Notes: a model not told the origin generated them from the letters alone. Numbered from the whole stretch's first letter, positions 12,653-23,647 are shown. The stretch is 53,745 nucleotides of DNA, filler included, from Basidioascus undulatus (GCA_000826855.1; 3 parts of 3 records of this genome joined end to end with filler, not necessarily neighbours in it), one strand, 5' to 3'. Numbers and translations are program-made.

Positions 12653-15600
12653 CTACTCCCCCTCGCTCCTCCCGTCCACCCCCTCCTCATCGTCCCACTC
12701 CTCCGCACTCCCCTCCTCATCCTCATCCTCATCTCGTCCCGCAGCACCCCACATCCGCCCTAGCGCACCGATCACCTGCCCCAGCACGCCCCGCGCCTCC
12801 TCATCATCATCCTCTTCCTCGTCGGTCGAGAACGCCTCGTCCGCCACAATGGCCGGCGCTGCGGGGTCGTTCTCCACGTCGACGGGTGCGCCGCCCGGGA
12901 ACGCCCCAGGTGGTTGGCCATCGGCGTTCGCGCGCTCGAGGTTGTGGAGGTGCTGGACCTGCCAAAGGGGAGCGGCGGTCAGATGGGCTTGGCAAAGTCC
13001 GGTTGCGAGCGAGAGGAACGCACCTGTTCAGCGATCATGTTCCGCGTTCCCTCATCCAAACCCTGCAGCTGCTCCATCCCGACCTCGCCGCGCATAAGCA
13101 TCCCCAGCAAATCCAGCAGCTCGACGGCCCTGCCCCGCCGGCCCGCTGCCGCACCCGGACCGTCGCTCCTCATCCGCACGCCGCTGAAGTATTCCTCCCC
13201 GTACGCACTAACGCCCGTCTTGGGCGGGAGCGGATCGTACGCGTCGCCGGTCTGGCCCCGCTGCGCGAGGGGCAGGAACGCCAGGAGGAGCGGCACGTCC
13301 GCGACGATGAGGTGGCGCGCGTGGGAATGGGGCACGCCTGAGGAATAGGTCGCCTTTTGCGCGGGGGTGAAGGCGGGCTTGGAGGGGAGGGACGGGTGTG
13401 CGAGGGAGAGAGCGGAGGGGAGGAGGGTGGACAGCGGGATGGAGGGGTCTTTCCAGATGGGGAGGGAGCGGTCGACGTAGAGGTGCGAGAGGAGGTGAAT
13501 GGGTAAGAAGGGGTCGGTGGATCTGTGTGTGTGGTATAGTTGAGCAAAGGTTCGGACGTTGCAGGGAAGAAGCAAGACGTACTGCGAGGGTGGGTGAATG
13601 TTGAAAGCTGGCTGCGAAAGGAGGTCGTTGTCGAGCGAGATGCTGAGCTTGTCGGCGAGGAGCGGCAAGATCTGCGGGAAGCGCAGGATAGCGTCCTTGA
13701 GCGCCTCCTTCGCGCCCTCATATTCCTGTCCGTCGTCGCTCATCAGCTTCAACTCCTTTGCGATACCTCCTCCAATCACACCACCTACCTTCTTCCCCTC
13801 CCCCTCCTCGATCCACCAGATCGCCAGCGCACGACTCCACCACATGCCCGGCAAGTTCTCCATCCACTGCGGGCCGTCCGTGCCGCGCTGGGAGGGGTTG
13901 TCTGCGTTCGGGCGCCACGGCCAGTCGCGCACGAGGTCGACGAGCCACTGGAACTGCCGCGTCTTGACGGCGAGGAAGTCGAGCCAGAGGAGCGCGCCGT
14001 GCGGGTCGGTGAGCGGGTCGAGCGAGAGGAGCAGCTTCGAGAACTCGAAGGCGGTGCGCCAGCAGCCGCGCTTGGTCAGATACCTGGAGAGCGAAGGCCG
14101 TGAGTGTTGGCACTCCATGCCGTAGAAGAGGTAAAGGAGAGCCAGAATAAAAACGCACTGCACGTTCCGGTGGATCGCAAGCCACAGCGGTCGGTTCTCG
14201 ATCCGGTCAAAGTCGAGCCGGCACGCGCCACTCGTGACGTTGAAAGTGATCGCAAACGCGCGCTCGTACGCGAAAAGGGCGCGCTCCACAAAGTCGCCGG
14301 ACATGCTCAAGTCTATTGTGGCAGGGGGACAAGGGAGGCGTTCGTCAACATGAAGAGTTGGGCAAAATGGGTGGGGATTGAAAGGGGCCACGGACCGCCT
14401 TGTTGCTTGGCGACTTCGGAGAGTTGCTGAGGGAGCGAAGAAAGAATTAGGAAGATATGGAAGAAAGGGTGGGAAAGGGACGAACCAGGAGCGTGTCGGT
14501 GTGGTACGGGTAGACTTGCAGGAGCGCCATGAGCGCTGTTATGCGACCGTCCAGTCAGTATCCCCGTTTGCCTCTTAGAGCGCGCGTTCGTCGAACAACG
14601 CACTGTTGGGATCTGGCATCCTCCTCCGTCAGACACTGACCAGTCCACGGAACCTCAACACAAAAACTCACCAAACGACCCCACGCACTGCAAGAACTGC
14701 GCCTCGACCTGGCGGTACCCCATATCATGGACGAAGGTCCACCACCCTCCTCGTCCGCCCGCGCCGCTCCCGCCCATCTGCACGTCCTTCCCCTGCAGCC
14801 CATGCCGCGCCTCCCACTCCCGCACCTCGTCCTCCGGAAGCTCCTCCATCCCCAGCCCACTCCGCGCGTGCGCCGCGGGCGCCCACGTCGCCTTGGGGTG
14901 CGCGAGGTACTGCCGCGCGAGGGGCCGCCGACTGCTTCCGCCTCGGGAGGAGGAGGAGGCGGAGGAGGCGGACGCGGACGCCACGACGCGCGAGCCGAAG
15001 AGCTTGCGCAGCTCGACGGCGGGGTCGAGGTGCTTCGGGTCGATGGAGAGGAGGGACCTGTTCGACCAGGCATGGTTGAGCAGGGTATGAGAACAGTACG
15101 CTGAGGAGGAAGTAAGACCCACCGCAAAGCTGCATTCGATCCTTTTCCGCTGGCTTCCCCGTCCGCACCTCTCGCCGCCGCCTCAGCCTGAGCCTGCATG
15201 TCCGGGTACCTGCGCGCCTCAAGCCTCCATGAGCCTTTGCTCCCTCTGCATCCTAACACCACACCGTCCAGCCGCGGTTCAAGGAAAGTACGCACTTGAC
15301 AGACAGCTCCTGCAGCGCGCGCTCAAGCTCGTCCAGGCCCTTCGCCTTACGCTTCGCAAGCTTGGCCTTCTTCAGCGCCGTCTTGGTCGCTTTTGGGGTG
15401 GGTTCTGCTGGCGGTTCGACGGGTGGCGGTGCAGCTGCCGGTGCTGGTGACGGCTCGGGAGGAGCGGCCGCTTCGGCGGCGGCGTCGACGGCGGGGGCAG
15501 AGGCGAGCGGAGTAGCAGGAACGGGAGAGGTAGCCGAAGCCGCTTTGGACTTCTTCTTCTTCTTCTTCGATTTAGACTTCTGCAAACGCGTCCAAGCGAG

Positions 15601-15886
15601 AAACAATCAGCGCTCACACGACCATATCACCACTGCGCGGCACGCTACGCACCTTGCTCTTCGCCGCCTGGATCTGCTGCTCTTCCTCCTCCTCTTCCTC
15701 CTCCTCCTCTGCTCCACCCTCATCACCCGCCCCGAGCGCCGCAAAAGCGTTGAACGCCTTGGAAGGCTGCGCAACCTCCTCGATGTCCTCCTCGTCTTCG
15801 TCTGACGCTGGTGCCGCTGGGGCGGCCGCGGAGAGCGCGGCGAGCTCCTCCTGCTCGCGTATCTGGCGCTTGCGGCGGGCGTTCAT
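12653..15886 (-). CDS. RQC1: Ribosome quality control subunit Rqc1/TCF25, multi-exon
   Basis: MNARRKRQIREQEEL acidic/basic N-terminus, LLSIDPKHLDPAVELRKLFG, DFVERALFAYERAF, RLDFDRIENRPLWLAIHR, KRGCWRTAFEFSKLLLSLDPLTDPHGALLWLDFLA, AYDPLPP. Confidence 0.92.
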
Positions 15887-16123
15887 ATCGTGTGTAATGA
15901 AAATCCGTGAAAATGAGGAGGAGTGTCGATTAGAGATGGTGGTTGGGAGAGAAGACCCGAAATGAGCTTGCCTTCGATGACGTACGAAGGCCGGCTGAAT
16001 TCCTTGGACAGTCCGAGGACCGGCAACGGCCGCTGATCTCACCTCCCGTTCCCCAGGTTCGCCTTCCCTTCTCCCTTATTCTACCTTCACTTTCGTTTTC
16101 CTTCTTGCACCCAAACCATCACC

Positions 16124-17401
16124 ATGTTATCACGGCAGCTTTTGCGCTCTTGCGTCCGCTCTCAAAGCGCCTTCTCCAAGGCAGGCCGACCGAGCCTCAT
16201 ACCTCCCTGCTCGATCAGCAGTACCTGACCAGCGTCTTCCCCCTTCGCCAGGCCATCTCTCCGGCCTCTTCTCTTCTCGCACTCGCCGCTGCGACCTCCC
16301 CCTCCCTGAGGGCAGGCTCGAGGCTTCCCCAGCGACGATGGCAGTCAAACACGCAGCGGGACAAGGCTGCAGTCGGCGTGCGTCTTCCTTTCCCTTATCT
16401 TACCCCTTCACCGAAATGCTGAGCTCCAAACTCGCTCTGCAGCCCTTCACGTGGAAGGCCGCCGCTCTGTTCATTATCACTGGCGGGGGACTGTATTACT
16501 ATTTCCAGCGGGAAAAGGAGGCTGTGGCTGAGCGGAAACGTGCGTCTCCTTCCTCTTACCCCTTGCCCTTCACACATCTACGGTTCCCTCTCATCTCGCG
16601 CCCACAATCAGGCGCCGAGACCGCCGCGGCCAAGGTCGGGCGCCCGCGCGTCGGTGGGCCGTTCAGCCTGACCTCGCACGAGGGCAAGCCGTTCACACAC
16701 GAGGACCTTCTCGGCAAGTTCGTGCTCATCTACTTTGGCTTCACCAACTGCCCGGACATCTGTCCGGAGGAGCTGGACAAGATGAGCGCTGTGGTGGAGA
16801 GCACGGGTGCGTCAATCATCGGACGGGCGGAGGGGAAGGGGAGGTGAGAAGGCTGAGATGGTGGGGGAGCGGGCAGATAAGAAGCTTGGGGGAAAGATCA
16901 TCCAGCCTGTGTTTGTGAGCTGTGACCCCGCACGGGACTCGGTCGAGCAGGTAAGGGAGTACATCAAGGGTGCGCCTTGCGTCTTTCTCTGCTTCCGGCG
17001 CTGCTGTTCCTAATGCTGGGGCCGCGACGCAGACTTCCACCCGCGCCTGATCGGCCTCACGGGCTCCTACGACGACGTTAAAGCCGCCTGCAAAGCCTAC
17101 CGCGTGTACTTCTCCACCCCACCCAACGCGCAGCCGACTGACGACTACGTGCGTCTTTTACCCACTTTACCCTTTCCCACGCCCATCCCACATCCCCCAT
17201 CGCTTCCCTTCTTCTATCCTCGGCAATGGGAAACTGACACTCAAGGGGAATCCACAGCTCGTCGACCACTCGATCTACATGTACCTCATGGACCCGCACG
17301 GACAGTTCGTCGATGCGTACGGCAAGAACGTCGACGTGGACGCGATGGCTGAGAAGGTCGGGCAGGCGATCGAGGAGTTCAGGAAGCTTGGGGACCATTG
17401 A
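16124..17401 (+). CDS. SCO1: Mitochondrial copper chaperone Sco1, multi-exon
   Basis: Arg/Ser-rich presequence, [10 protein letters not shown] transmembrane segment, [26 protein letters not shown] (CxxxC), [36 protein letters not shown] at 17399-17401. Confidence 0.95.
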
Positions 17402-17581
17402 GCGGTTGACGGCGGGAGGAGAGGGGGAGAGGGACCAGGAGGATTGATGAGACGCACACTGTGCGATATGCGATTGTAAAGATTCACAGCTCATACTGAT
17501 TCTCTTGGTGTGCGTGTATTAAAGTGTAAGACTGCGCGGATGGAAGTTGCCGCAGCGGGACAACAGCATCTGGTTGGGGCA

Positions 17582-17724
17582 GCCCGACAGACCGAGTGGG
17601 AATGTTGGACCGTTTGCAGCGCGCATTGACTGTTCGCCCCAGTCTTTCCCCCCACTTCCATCCACCCACAGCCTTGAGATTGACTACGTAAAAGCTCACG
17701 CTCTTCCAATTGAGCTAACCGGGC
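17582..17724 (-). pseudogene. tRNA-Lys(UUU)-like sequence with intact 5' two-thirds and interrupted T arm
   Basis: Minus strand reads GCCCGGT TA GCTC AATTGGAA GAGC G TGAG CTTTTA [CGTAGTCA] ATCTCA AGGCT GTGGG. There is no TTCRA loop. CCCAC and GTCGGGC reappear 64 and 76 nt later. Confidence 0.6.
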
Positions 17725-17870
17725 TGTGCGAATGAAGGTAAAACGGTCCCCCGAGTCAGGCAGCAAGAGCACCCATGATCCGGCACGATGTTCTCTGGCC
17801 AGCTTAGGAATGGGTTCGCTGAATGTTTCACTTGTTTCGGAAGCGTGTTTATGATGGGTATTTGCTGGGA

Positions 17871-17970
17871 NNNNNNNNNNNNNNNNNNNNNNNNNNNNNN
17901 NNNNNNNNNNNNNNTTAATTAATTAANNNNNNNNNNNNNNNNNNNNNNNNNNNNNNNNNNNNNNNNNNNN
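17871..17970. other. Assembly gap linker N44-TTAATTAATTAA-N44
   Basis: 100-nt N run with a central all-frame-stop 12-mer at 17915-17926, identical in design to 35809-35908. Confidence 0.97.
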
Positions 17971-20148
17971 GAGGGGCTGAGGGTCAGGAGGGTGTTTGCT
18001 GCTGAGGGGGAGGCGGGAGCGGGGGCGGGTGTTGGGAGCGGGTGAGATCGAGGCGGCAGCGCTGGGAGCCTCGCCCCGTGATTTGCTGTATCGCCTTCGC
18101 AGACAGGATTGATGATGATTGAGGATCCTCCGTTCGCAAGTCTGGGTGTGGGGGCGTGCCAAATGCCGTAGGACACGTCTAGGTAGCTTGGCCATGAACA
18201 TTCTGCACCAATACGGGCGGCGTCTAGGCTGGATCTGCGGTGGGTTCGCAATCGAGAAACGCTACGGCGGAGCGCAGCGTCGCCGGAACTACTTCGAGCA
18301 TGCTTGCTTGCACACCGATACTGTACGTCCTCGCAGCTTTGAAGCTCATTATATGCCTTTCACTCAAGCATTCTAGGTGAACACATTGGTCTTCGCATCG
18401 GGCTAAGAGCAGATAACTGCACCAGCAACGGTACCCTGGTTTCTGTCGTGTCATTTACCACGTTCTCAAGAGGCCGTTGCGATTGGCGTGAGGATTGAAA
18501 ACCATTGGTGCGGAGACAAAGGAAATGAAGCAGAAAAAGCCATGTTGGTCGCATGGCCTAGGATGGACATGGCAAGGAAAAGTGCGACTCAGCGCATTGA
18601 CAGACGTACTGGACAGAGACTCCTTCATCAGACGCCACCAACAAAGAACTCATACGCCACTGAATCATGCAATCTGTAGCTTCCACGTACGGATTGGGTC
18701 TAGTCTCGGAAGGGTATGGCACGGGGGATGCCTGCCTTCGTCTCGCATCCAACATCCCGATCGCGCTCCTTGTCCTTCTACTCCTTCCGACATGTCCTCT
18801 TGGGTAGAAAAGTTCTGCACTCGCTCCTTCTCCCCAAAGACAGGCGACCCATATGAGGAGGAGGAAGGGGGCGAGTCCCCTCTCCCCATCATTCGCTTTG
18901 ACCTGGCGCCCATCGCCGACGCGCTCGGCGTCACGAAGGACGAGGCGAAAGCGATGATGATTCCCACTCTGCGTCTTTGACCGGATAGGTCTCTGCATCG
19001 TGGCTTACTGGTGTATCACCTTCCCATCTCAGACGCAGGCCGTCGTTCTCCTTCGCTCCGCCGGCTTCGATCCTCGTTACACGTTCCGGACGCAGCCCGA
19101 CTGCGAGCAGGCAGCCGCCTACGCTAATTATATGAGGCCTTCCCTTGAATATCTGAGAAAGCCTTTCTGAAAATCCAGGTTCGGGATGTAGATGCGCCGA
19201 CTTCCCGAGGTTGAAGATGCCGGACAGAGTGGAGGAGGGCGACGGCGTCCTGCAGGGGAATATTTACGTCCTGGAGCGGGCGCGGAAGGCAGTCGAGGAC
19301 TGCAAAGTCGTTTGATGGATGTATCACTTGGGTGAGGGATCCCAGGTGTCTGCGTTGGAATGTTATTCCTCAGTAGTCTGTAATGCTGTGATGCTGTTCG
19401 CCAACAATCGACTTGTCACAGTGACTCGTCGTTCAAAAGCCCACGCTTGAGGTTATTTGGTCGAGTAAATTAACACTTTGGAAACTATGTTAATACGCTT
19501 AGACCTTAAACTTGCTTGAGACTACCTAATGGAGACGTGGAGGCGTGTCGAGCCTCACTTCAGCTTGAGACGCCGCTGCCCTGCCAGCGATTATCTCATG
19601 CACTCCAGGAAAGCTCTACTTGAGGGGTTAAGGAGGCAATGATAATTAATATAAAACCTGCGCATCCTCCCCCTTCTGTATAATTTAACCGTACAGTCCG
19701 CGAGTTCCGACTTAGAAGGGTGCATGCATCTCGGAAGACGTCAGCAGCCCAAAAACGCAGAGCCATTCAACTCCTTTTCTGCGTTTACAAATGATAAATA
19801 TAAGAAGATGCGTCGGGCTTCTCGGATTGCAGGGTATGCCCGCCGTGCTCCTGGAAGCAGCCACCGTACTGACCCCCATTCAGTTGGACCGCGCCGTGAC
19901 ACGACAGCCCAACCGGCAGAATCTCTTCACTTCTCCACCTCACCGAGCCATACAAATGTCGATGTCCTCTCAGAGGAGACGCAAGGTCAAACTGAGAGAA
20001 TTTTGAAACGTATAGAAGGTGGAGCTCCTGTTACCCCTGGTAGGGACAGACAGGTACCGGGCCTCGTAAGGTGGAAGAAATTCGGTCGTTGAGGGTTGAG
20101 GCCCGAGGGAACCAAGGTACACCGTACCGCGGCGTCTGGGTCTTCCGG

Positions 20149-20156
20149 TATAAAAA
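20149..20156 (+). promoter_or_regulatory. TATA box followed by a CT-rich tract
   Basis: TATAAAAA at 20149 in a GC-rich context, with a pyrimidine-rich stretch at about 20178-20235. Confidence 0.4.
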
Positions 20157-22233
20157 GGCACGGCGAGGTTGTGGCCGTTCTTCTCAATCTTCCTCACCGT
20201 CTCTCTGTCTCTTCTTCCTTATCTTTTGTTCCTTTAACCCGGGCCCGCACACATCGCTCGTCGTCTTGCCTCGTATTCCACCAGCCGGTGCCCGTCATGC
20301 CCGCCCTTCCTCGCTTGCAGCAACCCACGCTCTTTTTGAACTGGTTATTTTCCCCGTCTCCTTCCCAAAGTTAAGCTTTATTTACCGTTTTATTTCCCAC
20401 AAGGGTTATCCTGATCACGCGAGGGTGTTTGCCTGGTAGACGACGGGGACTACTCTCGTCGGCCTTCTCGGAACCTCCGTCAGCCGTTCTTTCGTTTGAT
20501 ACCCGCTGGCTGGTAGTATTTGCGGTCGCCTTCGGTAAGAGAAGCCTCTGATTGTCTTCTACGGGAAATTTCAGGCCACTGCGCATACTTACAAGGCCAT
20601 TTTCGTCCAGCTTCCCTGGTGCTCCTCTTCACCCTCCTCCTCTCTGGCATCGAAATCGATCTTCCTAGTCAAAACAATGGGCCCCTGAGGCCATTCGGGA
20701 TGTCTAAGACTTACTCAAGGATCCGTCGTCGTCCCCTACAAGGCCGCGCCCTGCCTGCTACGCCAAGCAATCTCGCCTGCAGCTCGGAGACGATGACACT
20801 GCCCGCATCCCGATCCTGCCAGAGTGAACCGCCTTCCCCTTATAGCAATCATTGTCAATCGTTTAGATATATATTTAAACACTTTCAATTGTTCTTCGCC
20901 TAGGGTGTCTATATCATAATGCTGTTTGTCGCGCGTGGAACAGACTGTCGGGAGGCAAAAAGCTATGCAGGGTGCAACTGCCACAAGGCCTTCTCTCATT
21001 CCATCTCCCTCCTAGTACGTGTTGGCAGGATGAGTTGAAGATAAATAAATGTTTAAATTAAGTTTATCGGGTAAGGTCGGACCGACTTCGGCGTCTTACC
21101 ATCTTCTGGGAGTGCTTATGGCGGAGAGCGTCGATTTGTGCTCGAAGTAGCTGCCTGCACACACCACAGCATAGGAGTGGCGAAGACGGTTGATTGCACA
21201 GTCTCTGCGTTGACTTCAGGCTCATAAATCCAAAGCTCCAGTCATATTACAAGTGTCATAAGCTAGATCGAAGGGTTCAGACATCCAGATGCGCGATGAA
21301 CCCTAGATGCTAGAAATTCTGGCTGAGGTCACATTCCAATCGTCAATAAGTCAATGTTAGGGAGAACAGAGACAAACTAACACTCACAATCTGATTAATG
21401 TACCTTAAGTATGATTGATTGATGATCACTTCGACTTGTAGTGCGCCTCGCCGTCGCGAGGTGAGGTGGGCGATGGTAACGATGCAGTGGCTTCAAGAAA
21501 TGCTTGGGGTGGGTCGCACTCGACTAGAGCCGCACAGATTGACATGTTCAACCTTATTATCTCTCTAAAACTACAGTGAAAATGAAGAGGGCAACAGGGA
21601 CGCGCTCACGCACCAGGGTCCCCACGAGAAGCCTTGCCACGGTACCGTCCAAGCTGGATCAACCGCTCGTCCCGCGTTCCCGAAGCTCTGTCGGATTTAC
21701 CCTCATTTAACCAAATCCATACTCTGTAAATTGCCTCAGAAGCACCATTCTTATAGTCTCCCAGCCTCACAGCAAACAACCGAACTCGCCCTCGCCAGCA
21801 GTAGGGGTATCCAAGCTCTCTCAACGTGCACCATGCACTCATTATTCTTCTTCTCTGGCAGAAGGCAGTGACGGCTCTCCTCAAACCCAGGGCGCATAAC
21901 CATTCAGCTGACGGGCCCATTTCTCCCATCTTGCCCGTGGACGGTACCCTAGGGTGGTACGACCTGGGACACCCAAGTCAGTATATGTCTCTTCAAGCTG
22001 TGTGTCAGGGAAGCACAGGAAATTCATGCGGACGTCGACGGGCAGGACGCGACTGGTTGCTCGACCTGATTCCATACTCTGGACCATTGTCCTCCCAGCT
22101 ACAGACCACATCCAGGTCTAGTTTCTCTATTATGTAATATCGTATAGTAAGTGGCACCTTGAAGTCCATGAAGCACCTTTTTGTGCTTGACTGCACAGAA
22201 TTTTGAAAGCTCACAGGGCCATCACTGTCTGCT

Positions 22234-22244
22234 TGTCCAAGCGG
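22234..22244 (+). promoter_or_regulatory. Pol III A-box-like element upstream of the permuted tRNA
   Basis: TGTCCAAGCGG matches TRGCNNARYGG at 10/11 positions and ends 26 nt before the B box (GTTCAATCC, 22271-22279). Confidence 0.5.
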
Positions 22245-22255
22245 TTAGTTGCGAA

Positions 22256-22337
22256 ATGGTGAGGTCGGTTGTTCAATCCAGCCAGTGGGCAATGACATGG
22301 TGCCCGCTTAGCTCAGTGGTAGAGCGCGCCACTCGTA
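22256..22337 (+). tRNA. Circularly permuted tRNA-Thr(CGU): 3' half 22256-22291, 10-nt spacer, 5' half 22302-22337
   Basis: The rejoined halves give GCCCGCT TA GCTC AGTGGTA GAGC G CGCCA CT-CGT-A|A TGGTG AGGTC GGTTG TTCAATC CAGCC AGTGGGC A. All four stems pair fully (Watson-Crick or G-U), with canonical loops and invariant bases. Confidence 0.85.
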
Positions 22338-22340
22338 CTA

Positions 22341-22350
22341 TTTTCATTTT
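22341..22350 (+). terminator. Pol III terminator-like T tracts
   Basis: TTTTCATTTT starts 4 nt after the 5' half of the permuted tRNA. Confidence 0.55.
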
Positions 22351-22658
22351 GACGAATGAAGCGGCAGTGTTGACCAACCTCTGGCTGACTGCCCCTTCGC
22401 GCCTCAGGTCACCCTGACTTCTCAGACAAGCCAAAATGCCTTGTACAACAAGGAAAGTTCATGAGGAGCATCGCCAAGTGAAGCTGGAACGTCAGTGGAC
22501 GAGGAAAGCTGCTGCAGGTCCAAGCTCATCCGCACCCGTTATACCCACCAGAATATGTGAAATCTTGAGCTCCTGTTTCCTCGGCGACCAACACTGAGCG
22601 ATGGAATGTATGGAGCTCCATCTTTTGGATAGAACTTCAAGGCAAATAGAATGCTGCA

Positions 22659-23647
22659 TCACTTTACCTCCTCCTCCGCCTTCTTTTGTGCCTCTTCCGC
22701 CCGTCGCTTCTCGTTCCGCTCCCTCCCCATTTTGTTGGCCCATCGCCTGACAGCCTTCCCGATCGCCGCATATCGCGCCAAATCCTCCGGTGTATACTTC
22801 ATGTCAGCGCGCCGATGATCGCAGTCAAAGGTCTGCTTGATCTCCCGTAGCCGCGTCTGGATCGGTCGTTCTGGCACCGCACCGCTCAGCAAGTGTCAGT
22901 CGCATACAAGCGAGAGAGGAAACAGAAAAGGCACACTCCATTCCGAGGCGGTCCCGTCCATCGACGCGCCCACACGCTTCCGGAAGCCCTCCTCGACGTC
23001 CATGTCCGCCGCAGAATCCTGCAGGTCGATTTCCTCCTCTTGGCGACGCTCGCGCGCGCGCCGCCGCCGGAAGATAGTCATGCTGATGTGCTCGGGTTGA
23101 GGCTTGAGCCGCGGCAAGGGCACGTTGAAGAGCGAGGGCGGGAGGAGCTTGCCGGTCGCCTTTGGAGGAGGGAGCGTGGCTATACGTGCGGCTTTCTGTG
23201 TAGGCATCATCGCAGGCAGATTGACAGGGATGGGTTCAAGGAGTAAATCGTATGAATCCATGACAACCGTATAAGACCACGCACTTCCTCTGCCAGCCGA
23301 CCCAGACGCGCAGCTTTCCTCCCTTCCCGGTCCCTCGCCGCCCCGACAACCGCCTCCCACCGCGCCCTCCCCTCATCCGTCCCACTCCGCAGCGCGTTGA
23401 GCATTCCCTCCGCTTCCTCCAGCCGCAGCTTTGTCGTCGCGGGGCTCGTCAACCCTCGGCCCCGCCGGAAGGCGCGGCGGACGACATCCTTGTCTGCCTT
23501 GGGCGCGAGACGGAGCAGCGGGCGGTACAGTGCCCAGAGCGTCGGTCGGCGGTGCTCAAGGAGTCGGAAGAACGGGACGGGGTATCTTCGTGATCGCGCT
23601 AGACGGGCTGAGCGGATTGCCAGCTCGCGCGGAGAGAGGGAGGACAT
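22659..23647 (-). CDS. LYR-motif protein (Complex1_LYR-like), probably mitochondrial, multi-exon
   Basis: TLWALYRPLLR...VRRAFRRGRGLTS...LEEAE fits the LYR-F pattern, followed by PSLFNVPLPRLKPQPEHISMTIFRRRRARERR. GT-AG introns join ORFs 23207-23674, 22896-23360 and 22659-22892. Confidence 0.65.

Noticed and set aside
17915..17926. TTAATTAATTAA inside the N runs (also 35853-35864)
   Set aside because: Artificial all-frame-stop scaffold linker, not biology. Linkage across these gaps is not guaranteed.
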